From Glaucostegus cemiculus (taxonomy: Eukaryota): a DNA stretch of 64,000 bases. The position numbers and the translations under genes are program-made. Each line of letters opens with the position of its first letter. The stretch's first letter is position 1. Of this stretch, positions 39,307-50,137 are shown in pieces. The DNA lies in the NCBI GenBank assembly GCA_976551045.1, contig CDPCPM010000114.1, positions 24,056,001 to 24,120,000 on the forward strand. Direction: 5' to 3'. Below the pieces are notes generated by a model, which searched no databases, was not told the origin of the DNA, and worked only from the letters and a program-made list of their open reading frames with translations.

Positions 39307-39358
39307 TTCTTCTGGTGCCAGTGTGGTAGCCATAGACAACAAGATCGAGCAAGCCATG
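39307..39358 (+). CDS. TSC22D1: TSC22D1 shared 52-nt exon (SSSGASVVAIDNKIEQAM, first half of TSC box)
   Basis: Polypyrimidine tract and TTGCAG acceptor ending at 39306; donor ATG/GTAAGT at 39359. Phase fits both neighbouring exons; canonical TSC-box peptide VAIDNKIEQAM. Confidence 0.96.
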
Positions 39359-39869
39359 GTAAGTGGAGCCAAATATTTATGTGGTTATGGGGAAGGGTGT
39401 TATTTATTAGTCGTCCAGTAATGTCACGAAAGGGGGAAACAAGTCGATTCTTTGATGAGCCCTTGGGTGTAGGAGTTGTGGGAGGGGGAGAAAGAGAGAG
39501 GGCAATGTTTTAGTGGGACTATGCCAAGGAAGCAGGACCAGGAATAGAAATAATTCCCAAATCACAGGTGTAATAAGGCAGCTCTGGCATTCGCTGTACA
39601 GTGTGTTTAATGTTTCCACCGCTAGTCCTCCGTGTCAGAGGACATTTATTGTTCATTCGCTTGCGAATCAATGCAAAGATGCTCAAGGTGAACCAGAGAC
39701 AGCGTCTTACTTGTCTGCATCTGTCTTGTGCAGCGTGACCTCGGGCAGAAATTATCTCTGCAGGGCGAGGCTAAATGTTCGTGTTTATAATTCGAAGTGA
39801 TTTAAAATCCTATTTCACGTTACTGAAACGCCAGCAGATCGAGTAAATATTTTCCCTGCTTGCATATCT

Positions 39870-40620
39870 CAAATGTCAAGCTTATTTTGTCGTGCTCGTT
39901 CCGGGGTGCCCTGGAGGTCTGGGGATGGCATGGATTTACAGCCCAACCTGGCAGTGGGTGAGAGAATGTGTGGTATAGGACACTGGGCTACTAGTGTCTG
40001 CAACAGCAGTGCAGTGGGCAGCAGTCGGGGCCTCTTGTATATTGCGGCTGTAGGAGGCGGTAGAGGGTTGAGTGCCCCGCGGGTGAGAAATGTGCCAGAA
40101 CTTGCTAGAAACATCGAGGCTAACGGACGGGTGGAGATCGGGGTCACTCTGCTCCTCTCTCCACGCATGCTGCTCGGTCCACTGGGGATCTGTTGATCCA
40201 CTGTGATTGGACTGCGCGGAGGTGGCCGGCTCTGGATCAGTGTCCAACGGCCAGCCCGCCGCACGGTGGAGCCGGGGCCTGAGCCCCCGGAGGCTGGAGT
40301 GGGTGTAGAGGCCGAGCCCCAGTGCGTCTCCTCCGCCGCTTGCACCGATCTTCCGGCTGCTGCCAGACGATCGCAAACCTTAAACCCGGGCTATAAATAA
40401 CTCCGCCACCGATTGGCCGGGGCCGATGACGTGGCGCAGTCTGTGGGTTTCGGTGACGTCAGCAGTTGTTAGGAGCGGGAGACGACGGAAGTGGGAAGGA
40501 GGGGGCGGCGCCAAGCGTGGACGCCCCGCGACTGCCGCCGGAGCCAAATGGTAGCTGCTGGTAGCGCAGCCGCCCGACCCGCGCAGGAGCTCCTCCATGC
40601 AATGAACGCATTCCCCATGT
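39870..40620. promoter_or_regulatory. Intronic CpG island with promoter-type motif cluster (MEF2/TATA-like, CCAAT, CRE/UPRE, CRE, ETS, GC box)
   Basis: CTATAAATAA 40391-40400; ATTGG 40412-40416; TGACGTGG 40427-40434; TGACGTCA 40454-40461; CGGAAGTG 40486-40493; GGAGGGGGCGG 40498-40508; high CpG density. Confidence 0.7.
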
Positions 40621-40898
40621 CCCAAATATTTAATGCATTTGGCACAAAAGTTCAACGGCCTTCGGCTACTATGTATTTAAAATTCTGGCAAGCACTGCTA
40701 AACTTTCTGCATTCAGCAGACATGAATGATTGATGCATAAAGCAGCGCTTGTCATCAGTAGTAATCTCTAATACGGTAAAACGGACCACGGCACTTCAAA
40801 TGAGAGGAGTTATTGAGCAGAATTTGACATAAGGACAGATATCCTCGTGGTTAGTTAAGGAGGCAGGTTTTGTCGTAAGGTAGGACTTCCAGAGATCA

Positions 40899-40961
40899 AC
40901 TGAAGCCGCAACTAGTGTCCCCCACCTGTCCACTAGTTGCGGCTTCAGTGTCCCCCACCTG
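40899..40961. repeat. Perfect 19-bp inverted repeat plus 15-bp direct repeat
   Basis: actgaagccgcaactagtg 40899-40917 and cactagttgcggcttcagt 40931-40949; agtgtcccccacctg at 40914-40928 and 40947-40961. Confidence 0.95.
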
Positions 40962-41294
40962 AAGCAATGCAAACCAGAAAGAGAATTTTTAAACTAATAC
41001 TGGATCAGAAACCGATGTAACTGAGTGAGCAGAAGGATGATGAGTAGTTAAGTGGAGTGCTGTGGAAGTTAGGATATGGTCAGTCAGATTTTGGCTGTGT
41101 TGTTTACAAGTGTAGACTAGGCAGGATAGTGTTGGAGTTAGAGGTAAGCAGCACAGGCATGGGTTTCAGCAGTGGATAAGCTGAAGTAAGCAATGCTGTG
41201 CAGGTAGAGAACTTGGTTACTGAGGGAATGGAGTTCAGAATCTCAGCTCAGCTTTCAATAGAAGATCAATAATGCCTCGACCATGGCAAGAGAT

Positions 41295-42110
41295 AATTGT
41301 ACAGGGGTCTTCTGGCTCACATCCACGCCAGCCAAAAGTGGAGCCTTGTTGGTTTCTCCCACTTCTCGTCTCTTGATCAATATCTATGTTGGTTACCTTC
41401 TCGTGTGCATCAGTTTTAAATGTGATAGGTTTCTGTGTCTACCTTCCTTTTGGACTCTGTCATTCTGGCGAAAATTATTTTCCTTTGATCTTGCTATCTC
41501 ATACCATAAATCCATTTCCTCTAGTATTGACATTAATTTCAAGGAAAATAGGTCCAGTGTACACCCAGTGTGATTTAGCATAATTTTACACACGCAGTTA
41601 AATCTTCCCTCAGCCTCCTTTTTGTCCCAAAGAAAACAACAAGTCTCCACTCATAACTAAACTTCTGCAGCCTGGCAGCATTTCTCCTAATCTTTACGCT
41701 CGCTTTAGTGCTACCACAACCATCCTCTAGTGTGGTGAACAGAACTGTACACTCAACTCTAGTTGTAGCTTAACTGGCATTTAATACTGCCCCAGCGTGA
41801 CTTCCCTACTCTTATAATCTGTGCCAGTCAAGGCAAGCATCACAAATGCCGCCTTAACGCCTTATCTAGCCTGCTGCCTTTTGTCATCGGTGGATGTGCG
41901 CTCCAAGATCCTGCTGTTCCTCCAAACTGTTCAATACTCTACCATGCATTGTGCATTTTCTCACCTTGTTTCACACTTGTGGATTAGATTCCATTTGCCA
42001 GTTTACGTGCATATAACCAGTCCATTGGTATCTTACTGCAGTTTATAAGTTTCTTCCTTGCTGTCAAGCACTATTTTGGTGCCTGAGTAAAATATTCTTA
42101 ACCATTGGGT
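41295..42110 (-). mobile_element. Old CR1 3' fragment in TSC22D1 intron 2
   Basis: ccctcagcctcctt..aaagaaaacaac..ctggcagcatt..tggtgaacagaactgtacac blocks shared with other CR1 copies. Confidence 0.7.
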
Positions 42111-43585
42111 CTTCATTTATTTCTAAGGCCAAACAGTGAAAACCAGGAGGCTTGGTAATGAGACACACTGCATGCAGCCCTCATTCAGAGGACTGGAAAA
42201 TGATAGTTCGTTGGGGCCTGTGCTACTGGGATACTTGGCATTTGGGCCCAGCAGTGTTTCCATTTGTAAACTTACCAGACCCTTCACAGTGTCCTCTTTG
42301 TTCTTTCCAATACTTAACATTTTTCCTCTTCAATGTCAATGGTGTTCATCTCGTGCTCTCTTCTGCAAACTCAGACATAAAGTAACCACTTAGAGCTGTA
42401 CTTTTCGCTGTACTTTTCATCTGTCTCCATGTCCTGCTTACTCTTAGTCGATTTTGGGCTGATTTGACCACAATAGTGCGGACTTTGTGCCAGAGATGCT
42501 GCTTGCTGATATTTAATTGGTGAAAACCCAGTTTATCCACAAACTGGTGACAGGTCAGAAGCTCATGGGTGCAGTAGGGTGCTATTGGCAAACATATGGA
42601 ATGATGTATGAAGGGGGAGGAAGATGAAATAGAAGGAGTTAACTATGGGATAGCTTAGCCATGCAGATAATTATTCACCTACTACTGGATGCAACTAGTT
42701 GAGAGCAATCCACTTTAAACATCTGCTGAGGAGAGGTGTTGGTCAGTATTTTTAAAGACTGCGGGTAGGTTGTGAAGGATGAGGAGTGAGAGTTTACCAC
42801 ATGCATAGTTACATGTTACATTTGGTGCTACTTCATTGGAAAGGTTATTTTAAGGGCAAGGATTTGATACTATGTTCTTGTGAGGAAAAGGTTGGAAATC
42901 ACATGGGCAACAGGTGTAGGCCATTGCCCCCTCACACCTGCTCCAGCTGATGATTCACCTCAGCTCCCCTTTCCTGCACTAACCTCACAGTTTATGATTT
43001 CCTTAACATTCACAAACCCATCGATCTATCTTGAATATTCTCCCAACGTGGGAGCTTGCCAACATATTGCAAAGAATGCATTTTCCTGATTTTACACATC
43101 ATTTGAAATTTCAACATTGAGGGTTTTTCCTATTATCAGAATCAGTTTTTATTGTCACTACTATATACACATACAGTATACATAGGAGCGAAATACTGTA
43201 CTCCACAGGTCAAGGTGCACGTCATATTAAAAAAAGAAACAAACACTGGGAGACAAAGACAGAGAGGCACTAAAAACATTGGAACCACAAAACTTAAATA
43301 ATACAACTTAAATATTGCTTCTTTACAAAAATTGATAATCATTGTATTAATAAATCAGAACTTTTAATTTAATGGAAGATTGGGGATACTTGGAACAGCT
43401 TTAATGTACTACAGAGCTGATTTGTCCTCGGCAAATATTAAATTAATATCAAATGAGCAGAAAAGGTCAGTTGAATGCCTCAATAAATTGTGGTTCTTTT
43501 TTAAAGGTTCAGTAGATAAATGCTTAAGTGTGTGGTTTTGTAGTGTACAATATAACTATCTTTAATATAAATCTTTGTTTTGTAG

Positions 43586-43834
43586 GATCTGGTGAAGAGT
43601 CACTTGATGTATGCAGTGAGGGAGGAAGTGGAGGTCCTTAAGGAACAGATCAAAGAACTGGTGGAGAGAAACTCTCAGTTGGAACAGGAGAACAACCTGC
43701 TGAAGACTCTGGCTAGTCCTGAGCAGTTAGCTCAGTTTCAGGCACAGCTCCAGACAACTGGCTGTTCTCCGCCAGTGTCTCAATCAGGACAAACCACTCA
43801 ACCCACACCACCCAATGGCGGATCATCAGCTTAA
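43586..43834 (+). CDS. TSC22D1: TSC22D1 last coding exon ([56 protein letters not shown]...; leucine zipper)
   Basis: TTTTGTAG acceptor ending at 43585, TAA at 43832-43834. The [23 protein letters not shown] segment is TSC22D1-like rather than TSC22D3-like. Spliced CDS 125+52+249=426 nt, 141 aa. Confidence 0.96.
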   Translation, partial: DLVKSHLMYAVREEVEVLKEQIKELVERNSQLEQENNLLKTLASPEQLAQFQAQLQTTGCSPPVSQSGQTTQPTPPNGGSSA

Positions 43835-45270
43835 AGTCCAGGCTGTACAAACCACTGGGGGCCATCGGGCTTTGCAGAGAAGAGAAATAAATCTGTCATA
43901 TCAATCATCATGTAATATTTCATCGCACACCGATAATTCCTAATTGGTTACAGGAACTAGAGTTGTATAAAGTCAGAAAGAAACTCTCTTCAGTGTTAAG
44001 ACAGTTGTCTTTGGCTAAAGGAGTTTGCTTTGGAGGTGTGGAATGAAACGTTCTCAAAGAGAGTGGTTGTATGCACAAAAGAGGAGAAGCTGTCATGCAG
44101 CCCTGAGTGCAGGTTACCGATCATTGCTCATGCTATGAGAATGCGTGCAGTTTTATTTCATTCAGCACGCCTGTATCCGTGTGTGCATGCGCATGTATGT
44201 GTGCGCACTAATATAACCGCTTCCTGACAATGTTGAGGAAGATGTGGATCAGAGGCAATCAGATACTCTGTGGAGTAGAGGGGGCCGTGCCCTCCTTTAC
44301 AGCGCTATAGGCCACTTTGAATTATAAATGAGCTATGAAGACAAAACGGGAGTATGAAGTCAAAGCTGAGCAGTATTTAACTTGAACTATAGAACTGTCA
44401 CCTTGGACCTTAAATTGACAAGTTTGCTTTGTTTACACTTCTTCTCCAGGATGTGGAGAGGGGTAGATTTTTCAATTTAGATGTGACTCTAAAGATCTGT
44501 GGCAATCCGAAAGGTTGTTCATCTAATGTATATTGTGTATGTAGTGTAAGTATTGTGTAATATAGAGCTGTAACTATTAGGTTGTACAGATTGAAATCTT
44601 GCTGTTTCACTGATCCAATTGCATTTGGACATTTTTTATGCTGTTGAACAGAAAATAGCATTCATGAACAATTATGCTGTTTGAAGATGCTGCAGACCTG
44701 GAAGTTTTTTTTTTGTAAGTTAATGGTACGTGACAGGTAATAATAGAAAGTAAGTGGTCCACTGGTCCCATTTCTATCAAGGTAAAGCAGTGGCAAATGC
44801 TACACTTTAGATGCACTGACAGAAGTGGTCTCTCAGTCAGAAATAGCACTGAGAGGTGAGAGTCCCTGGGTTCCAGTGGAATTGATTCTTTGTGATGCTG
44901 TTGGTTCAGTAGTCTTTGGTCTGTCAAAACCTATACTGTAATGGTTAGATTCCTGTAGGTTCCAGGAGCAATAGATTCATCCAGCCTGGGTATATTTGTT
45001 GCTTCTAGCTGTTGGTTGAATACCTCCTGAGAAAATTGTATTCAACAGTAGTAAAATATTTAGAACACCCACAAGAGTGTGTTTCATAATTAAGCACTCC
45101 AGACCTGGAAAATTCTGTTAGCAGCTCTGATTTCTGCTATGGGTTTCACATTAACAGTGTTGCTTATGTTCTGGTGCATGTTCTGAAACAGTTATAACAC
45201 ATTCAATTATACTCGACTGCTGCACAACTTCTAAACTTTCAATAAACTCATGTTGGTAAATAATTGACTG
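43835..45270 (+). other. TSC22D1: TSC22D1 3'UTR with likely poly(A) signal AATAAA at 45241-45246
   Basis: No recognisable TE relic after the stop codon; AATAAA followed by GU/U-rich sequence. The 3' end is inferred. Confidence 0.6.
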
Positions 45271-46529
45271 TCGAATTCAGTGTTGCTTTTAACTATAAAC
45301 TGCAGCATTATGTGGGATGGGATTGTTTGAAAGAAATCGTATTATTCAGAACAGATTTCTGTTCCATTTATCACCATCCTAGCAGCTGAATCCCAAGTTA
45401 TGATGGCCACTAATGCTCGGCAATGAGAATCAGTACCATAAAACAAACAAATCCTCAGTTGGGGGCTTTACCATTTTATGTTCTTTTTTTGTTAGAGAAG
45501 CAAACCTATTTTAAGCCAAAATTGTACAGACTTAGAGTATTTCTTTTCACAAGTCACAGTAATTTCTGTGCAGTCAAGTCTGTTACTTTCTACATGGCTG
45601 ATGAAGGTTGTGATTCTCTGCTTCATCTATACAGCTGGGGTTCTCGCAACCTGGCCATTCAAAAATGAGATGGACTTGATAATTGGCATTGAGTTTGATC
45701 TTGTTATAAATCAGTATAACTTAAGCAGTTGCTCCAAATTCTGATTTTACATCTTTAACTCGACCTTTTCCTTCCCAACCATCATCTTTTATTTAAGATG
45801 TAGGATGAGCAAGATTTGACTTGAACAGCTTACCTCAGTAGTACATGCCTGTGGATGTGATGACAGTAGCTGTAGGGAGCTACAGTGTTTGAATTCTCAC
45901 AGCTATTCACAATACAATCTGTTTCTGTCCATGAAGGGTTTTACAAATTGCCATGTTAAACATCTTTATTGCTACAAATGCTTTGCCTCATCTCCACTGA
46001 ACCTCTAAGGTGCTTGTGCACCCATCATATTGTAATAATTGTAAAAAATATTTAAAACATACTGCAAGTTGGCTACTAAAATAAAAACAGAAAATGCTGG
46101 AAATAGTTTAGGCCATATCTTTTGTAAGAGAAACAGAGTTAACATTTCAGACAGAAGACCTGTTGTCTGCTGACTGAGTTGGCTACTAATTTCTTTAAAA
46201 CTCTGTGCCCCGAACTTAGTCTTTGCAACTTGTTGAAACTCTGAAAAATTAGAAACAATGTGAATGAATTTAAGACCAAAAATTCAACATTTCTATGGTA
46301 TAACACTTGGTAAAGATCATCAGATCCTAAAGCATCTGCTGGAGTTGATAATATCCACAAAAATTGTCAGTTTTTTTTTGGAGGGGGGGGAGTATTTTCT
46401 GAAACTTAATATGCAGCCCTTCCTACATTAGTTTTGATAATGTCTCGGTTTAAATAGAAACTTGTGCAAATGATAAAATGTACTCAGTCCTGCATTCACT
46501 GTTAATCAAGGTGGCATTACATGGACCAG

Positions 46530-46672
46530 GAAAAAAATACTGGAAATAGCAGGTTGATGACCTTTCATTAGAAAGGTGAAACATTAACTATTTCTTCACA
46601 AAAGCTGCCTGACCCGCTGAGTAGTTCCAGCATTTTCTATTTCAGATTTCCAACATCTGCAAGGTTTTTTGC
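46530..46672. mobile_element. Internally collapsed inverted Penelope-derived repeat (another relic at ~46075-46160)
   Basis: ctggaaata..aggttgatgacctttcat joined to gaaacattaac..gctgcctgacccgctgagtagttccagcatttt..cagatttccaacatctgca. Confidence 0.6.
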
Positions 46673-46931
46673 TCTTGGAGCCTGGAGGTGTGACCCATCA
46701 GGCTCTGGATTACACAGGCATCTCTTCAGGTGGATAAAATGGAGATGGGAAAAACTGTTTAAGAAGAATTGTTTAAATCAGAACTTGGTTAAGATGAAGA
46801 ATTTCAGGTACACCTTTTCTACAGGAGTCTTCTGTCCCCTGATGCAGTAAGTGACTGCAAATATGTGAACTCTAAGTCAGTGTGGGTGCAAAGGATAGCA
46901 AAATCTCAAGATACTACCACCTGTTTGCACT

Positions 46932-49703
46932 TTATAGAGTCTTACAGCACAGAAACAGGCCTTTGGCCCAACTGGTCCACGCTGACCAAGATTCTCATCT
47001 AAGCTACTCCTATTTACCCACATTTGGCCCAGTTTCCTATCCGTATACCTGCCTCAACAACTTCCTCTGGCAGCTCATTCCATATACTGACCACCCTCTG
47101 GGTGAAGAGGTTGCCCCTCCAGGTTCCTATTAAATCTCTCCCCTCTCACCCTAAACCTATGCCCTCCAGTTCTTGAGTCCCTAACCCTGGTGAAAAAGAC
47201 TGTGTGCATTCACCCCATCTATGTCCCTCATGATTTTATACACCTCTATAATATCACCCCTCATTCTCCTACATTGCAATAAAAGTCCCAACCTCTCTCT
47301 ATAACTCAGTCCCTCAAGCCCCAGCAACACCCACGTAAATCTCCTTTGCACTCTTCCCAGCTTAATGGCATCTTTCCTAGAGCAAGGTGACCAAAACTGA
47401 ACACAATATTCCAAATGTGGCCTCACCAACATCTTGTACAACTGTAAAATAACATCCCAACTTCTATACTCAATGCCCTGACTGATGAAGCACACCTCCT
47501 CCACCCAGTGTACCTGCAATACCACTTTCAGGGAACCATGTACTTGAATTCCAAGGTCCCTTTGTTCTACAACACTCCCCAGGGTCCTATCATTTGTTTT
47601 CCCAAAATGCAAAACCTTGCACTTACCTGAATTAAACTTCATTTGCTATTCCTTAGCCCACTTACCCAGCTGCTCAAGATCCCTCTGTAAATCTGATGAC
47701 CATCTTCACTGTCTATAACACCTATTTTAGTGTCATCTGCAAACTTGCTAACCATGCCTTGCACATTCCCATCCAAATCACTGAGCTAGATGACAAATTA
47801 TGGGCCCATCACTGACCCCTGGGGAACACTGCTAGTCATGAGCCTCCAGTCTGAAAAACAACCCTCCATTATCACCCTCTGCTTCTTACCATCAAGCCAA
47901 CTGTGTATCCAATTAGCCAGCTCTCCCTGAATCCCATGCAATCTAACTTTCCATCACAACCTACTACACAGAACCTTATAAAAGACCTTACTGAACTCCA
48001 CATAGAATATGTATAAAGCCCTGTTCTCATCAACCTTCTTGGTTACTTCTTCAAAAAAAAATTTGTGATCCCCATGTACAAAGCTATGCTGACTATCCCC
48101 AATCAACCAACCCCTTTCTTTCCAAATGGTCATATCTCATTCCTCAGAATTCCCACTAGTAACTTACCTACCACAGATGTTAAGCTTACTGGTCTATAGT
48201 TCCCAGTTCTTTCTTTGCAGCCCTTCTTAAAGAGGCAACATTAGCCACCCTCCAGTCTTCCAGCATTTTACCCATGGCTAACAATAATGCATAAATCTCA
48301 GACAGAGCTCCTGCAATTTATTTTCTAGCTTCCCACATTGTTCTTGGATATACTTGATCAAGCCCTGGAGATATATTTACCTTCATATGTTTTAAGACAT
48401 TCAGTCTCTTCCCCATCCACCCCCCCCCCCCCAGCTGTTCTGTAGACTATCCCCAAGACATCTCTATGAACTATCTGAAGTTCTGAAGTCTTCATGTCCT
48501 TCATGGTAAAAACAGAAGAAATATTCATTGACCACCTCTCCCATATCCTGCAGCTACACACAAAAGGCACGATAGCATAGCGGTTAGCACAGCGCTGTTA
48601 CAGCGCCAGTGATCGGGATTCGATTCCTGTCGTTGACTGTAAGGAGTTTGTATGTTCTCCTGTGTCTGTGTAGGTTTCCTCCAGGTGCTCCAGTTTCCTC
48701 CCACATTCTAAAGACGTACAGGTAGGTTAATTTGGGGGTTTAAAATGGGCGGCACAGACTTGTTGGGCTGAAAGGGCCTGTTACCACGCTGTAAGTAAAT
48801 AAATAAATACAATTTCCACTTTGGTCTTTGAGGGGCCCTATTTTATTCCTGGTTACTCTTTATCCCTTAATGTACACAAGATCTCTTTGAATTCTCCTTA
48901 ATCTTCTCTGCTAAAGCTATCTCATGCCTCATTTTGCCCTTCTCTTCCTTACATGTACACATGCATCGTCTATACTGCTCCAGGGATTCACTTGATTCCA
49001 CCTGCCTGTATCTGACCCATGCTGCCTCCTTTTTCCTGACTAGAGTCTTGCTATCCCTTGTCATCCAGGGTTCTCTACTCCTGCCAGCTTTTTCCTTCAC
49101 TTTAACAGGAATATGCAGACCCTGGACATTATGTCTCATTCCTAAGAGCCTCCCACTTGCCAGATGACCCTTTGCCTGCAAGCAACCTACTCCAATCAAC
49201 TCTTGCAACTTCCTATCTAATACCATCAAAATTTGCCTTGCTCCAATTTAGAACTTTGTTGACCAGATCTGTGTCTTTCCATAACTAATTTAAAACTATA
49301 CAACTATGGTCACTGATCTCAAAGTTCACCTCAACTGATACCTCAGTCACTTGCCCCAAGAGTAGGTCAAGCTTTGCCCTCTCCCTAGTAGGGTCTTCTA
49401 TATATTGAAACTTTCCTGAACACACTTACTAAATTCCACCCCATCTAAGCCCTTGGCACAATGGCAGACCCAGTCAATATTAGGAAAGTTAAGATCCTCT
49501 ACTAGGACAGCCCTATTATTCTTGCAACTCTCTGCAATCTCCCGTAGCTTTGTTCTTCTAATTCCCGTTTGCTACTGGGGGGCATGTACTACAATCCCAA
49601 CAAGGTGACCATCCCATTTTTATTTCTCAGTTCCACCTTTCAAGCCTCACTGGACAATCCCTCAGTAATTTCATCTCCCACTACTACTGTGATGTTCTCC
49701 TTT
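46932..49703 (-). mobile_element. Long CR1 LINE fragment (endonuclease end through RT to 3' tail), inactivated
   Basis: MKFNSGKCKVLHFG, LYKMLVRPHLEYCVQFWSP and REPWMTRD motifs; VTLLGLY..P endonuclease remnant near 49580-49610; many frameshifts. Confidence 0.92.
48566..48809 (+). mobile_element. Short V-SINE nested in CR1
   Basis: A-box tagcatagcgg, B-box gattcgattcc (48617-48627), V-domain ggagtttgtatgttctcc..ggtttcctccaggtgctccagtttcctcccaca, (TAAA)n tail. Confidence 0.88.
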
Positions 49704-50137
49704 GTGGAGGTTAATGAGGTAACTTAGAATTGCAGGTCAGTTGTAAATGTCAATTCAGTGAGATCTTAAAACATGTTTAGCTTTGGCTAAAACTTTGGTG
49801 GAGTGAATTGTTGACCTGAAGAGCAACAGAAATTCTAAAGGCAAGTGTGTATTGGGGGTGGGGGGGGGGGGGAAGAGAAGGGTGTTGAAGAGATGAGAGA
49901 ACAGGATAATCTAGAATGTGTGCCAATAATTAATAGGCATTTATCACCCACCTTAATTGCCCTGAAGTAGTGTCCTGCTGCCTTGAACAGTTGCAGTCTC
50001 CATGAAGATACCTTAATCTATTTCCAAGTTGTGGAGGGAAATCTGCTGGTTCCTATTTGCTCGCAGTTGTCTTTGGATAGTGGAGGTCATTAGTGCAGAA
50101 GTGCTGATGAAGAAGCCTTATTGACTTGCTACAGTGC

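Noticed and set aside
38167-40733. Long ORFs on both strands over the CpG islands (up to 167 aa)
   Set aside because: GC-rich, stop-poor sequence; mostly non-ATG starts and no recognisable domains.
43592-43834. ORF-track 80-aa standalone protein MKSHLMY...
   Set aside because: The start is a GTG (Val) inside exon 3; the real frame comes from splicing at 43586.
43886-43891. AATAAA 50 nt after the stop codon
   Set aside because: No clear downstream GU-rich element, and UTR-like TE-free sequence continues to 45241; at most a minor alternative site.
10436-49871. Scattered poly-C/poly-G runs (e.g. 10436, 11993, 17104, 18564, 48420, 49855) as G-quadruplex elements
   Set aside because: Simple homopolymers with no positional pattern; their lengths are prone to slippage and sequencing error.
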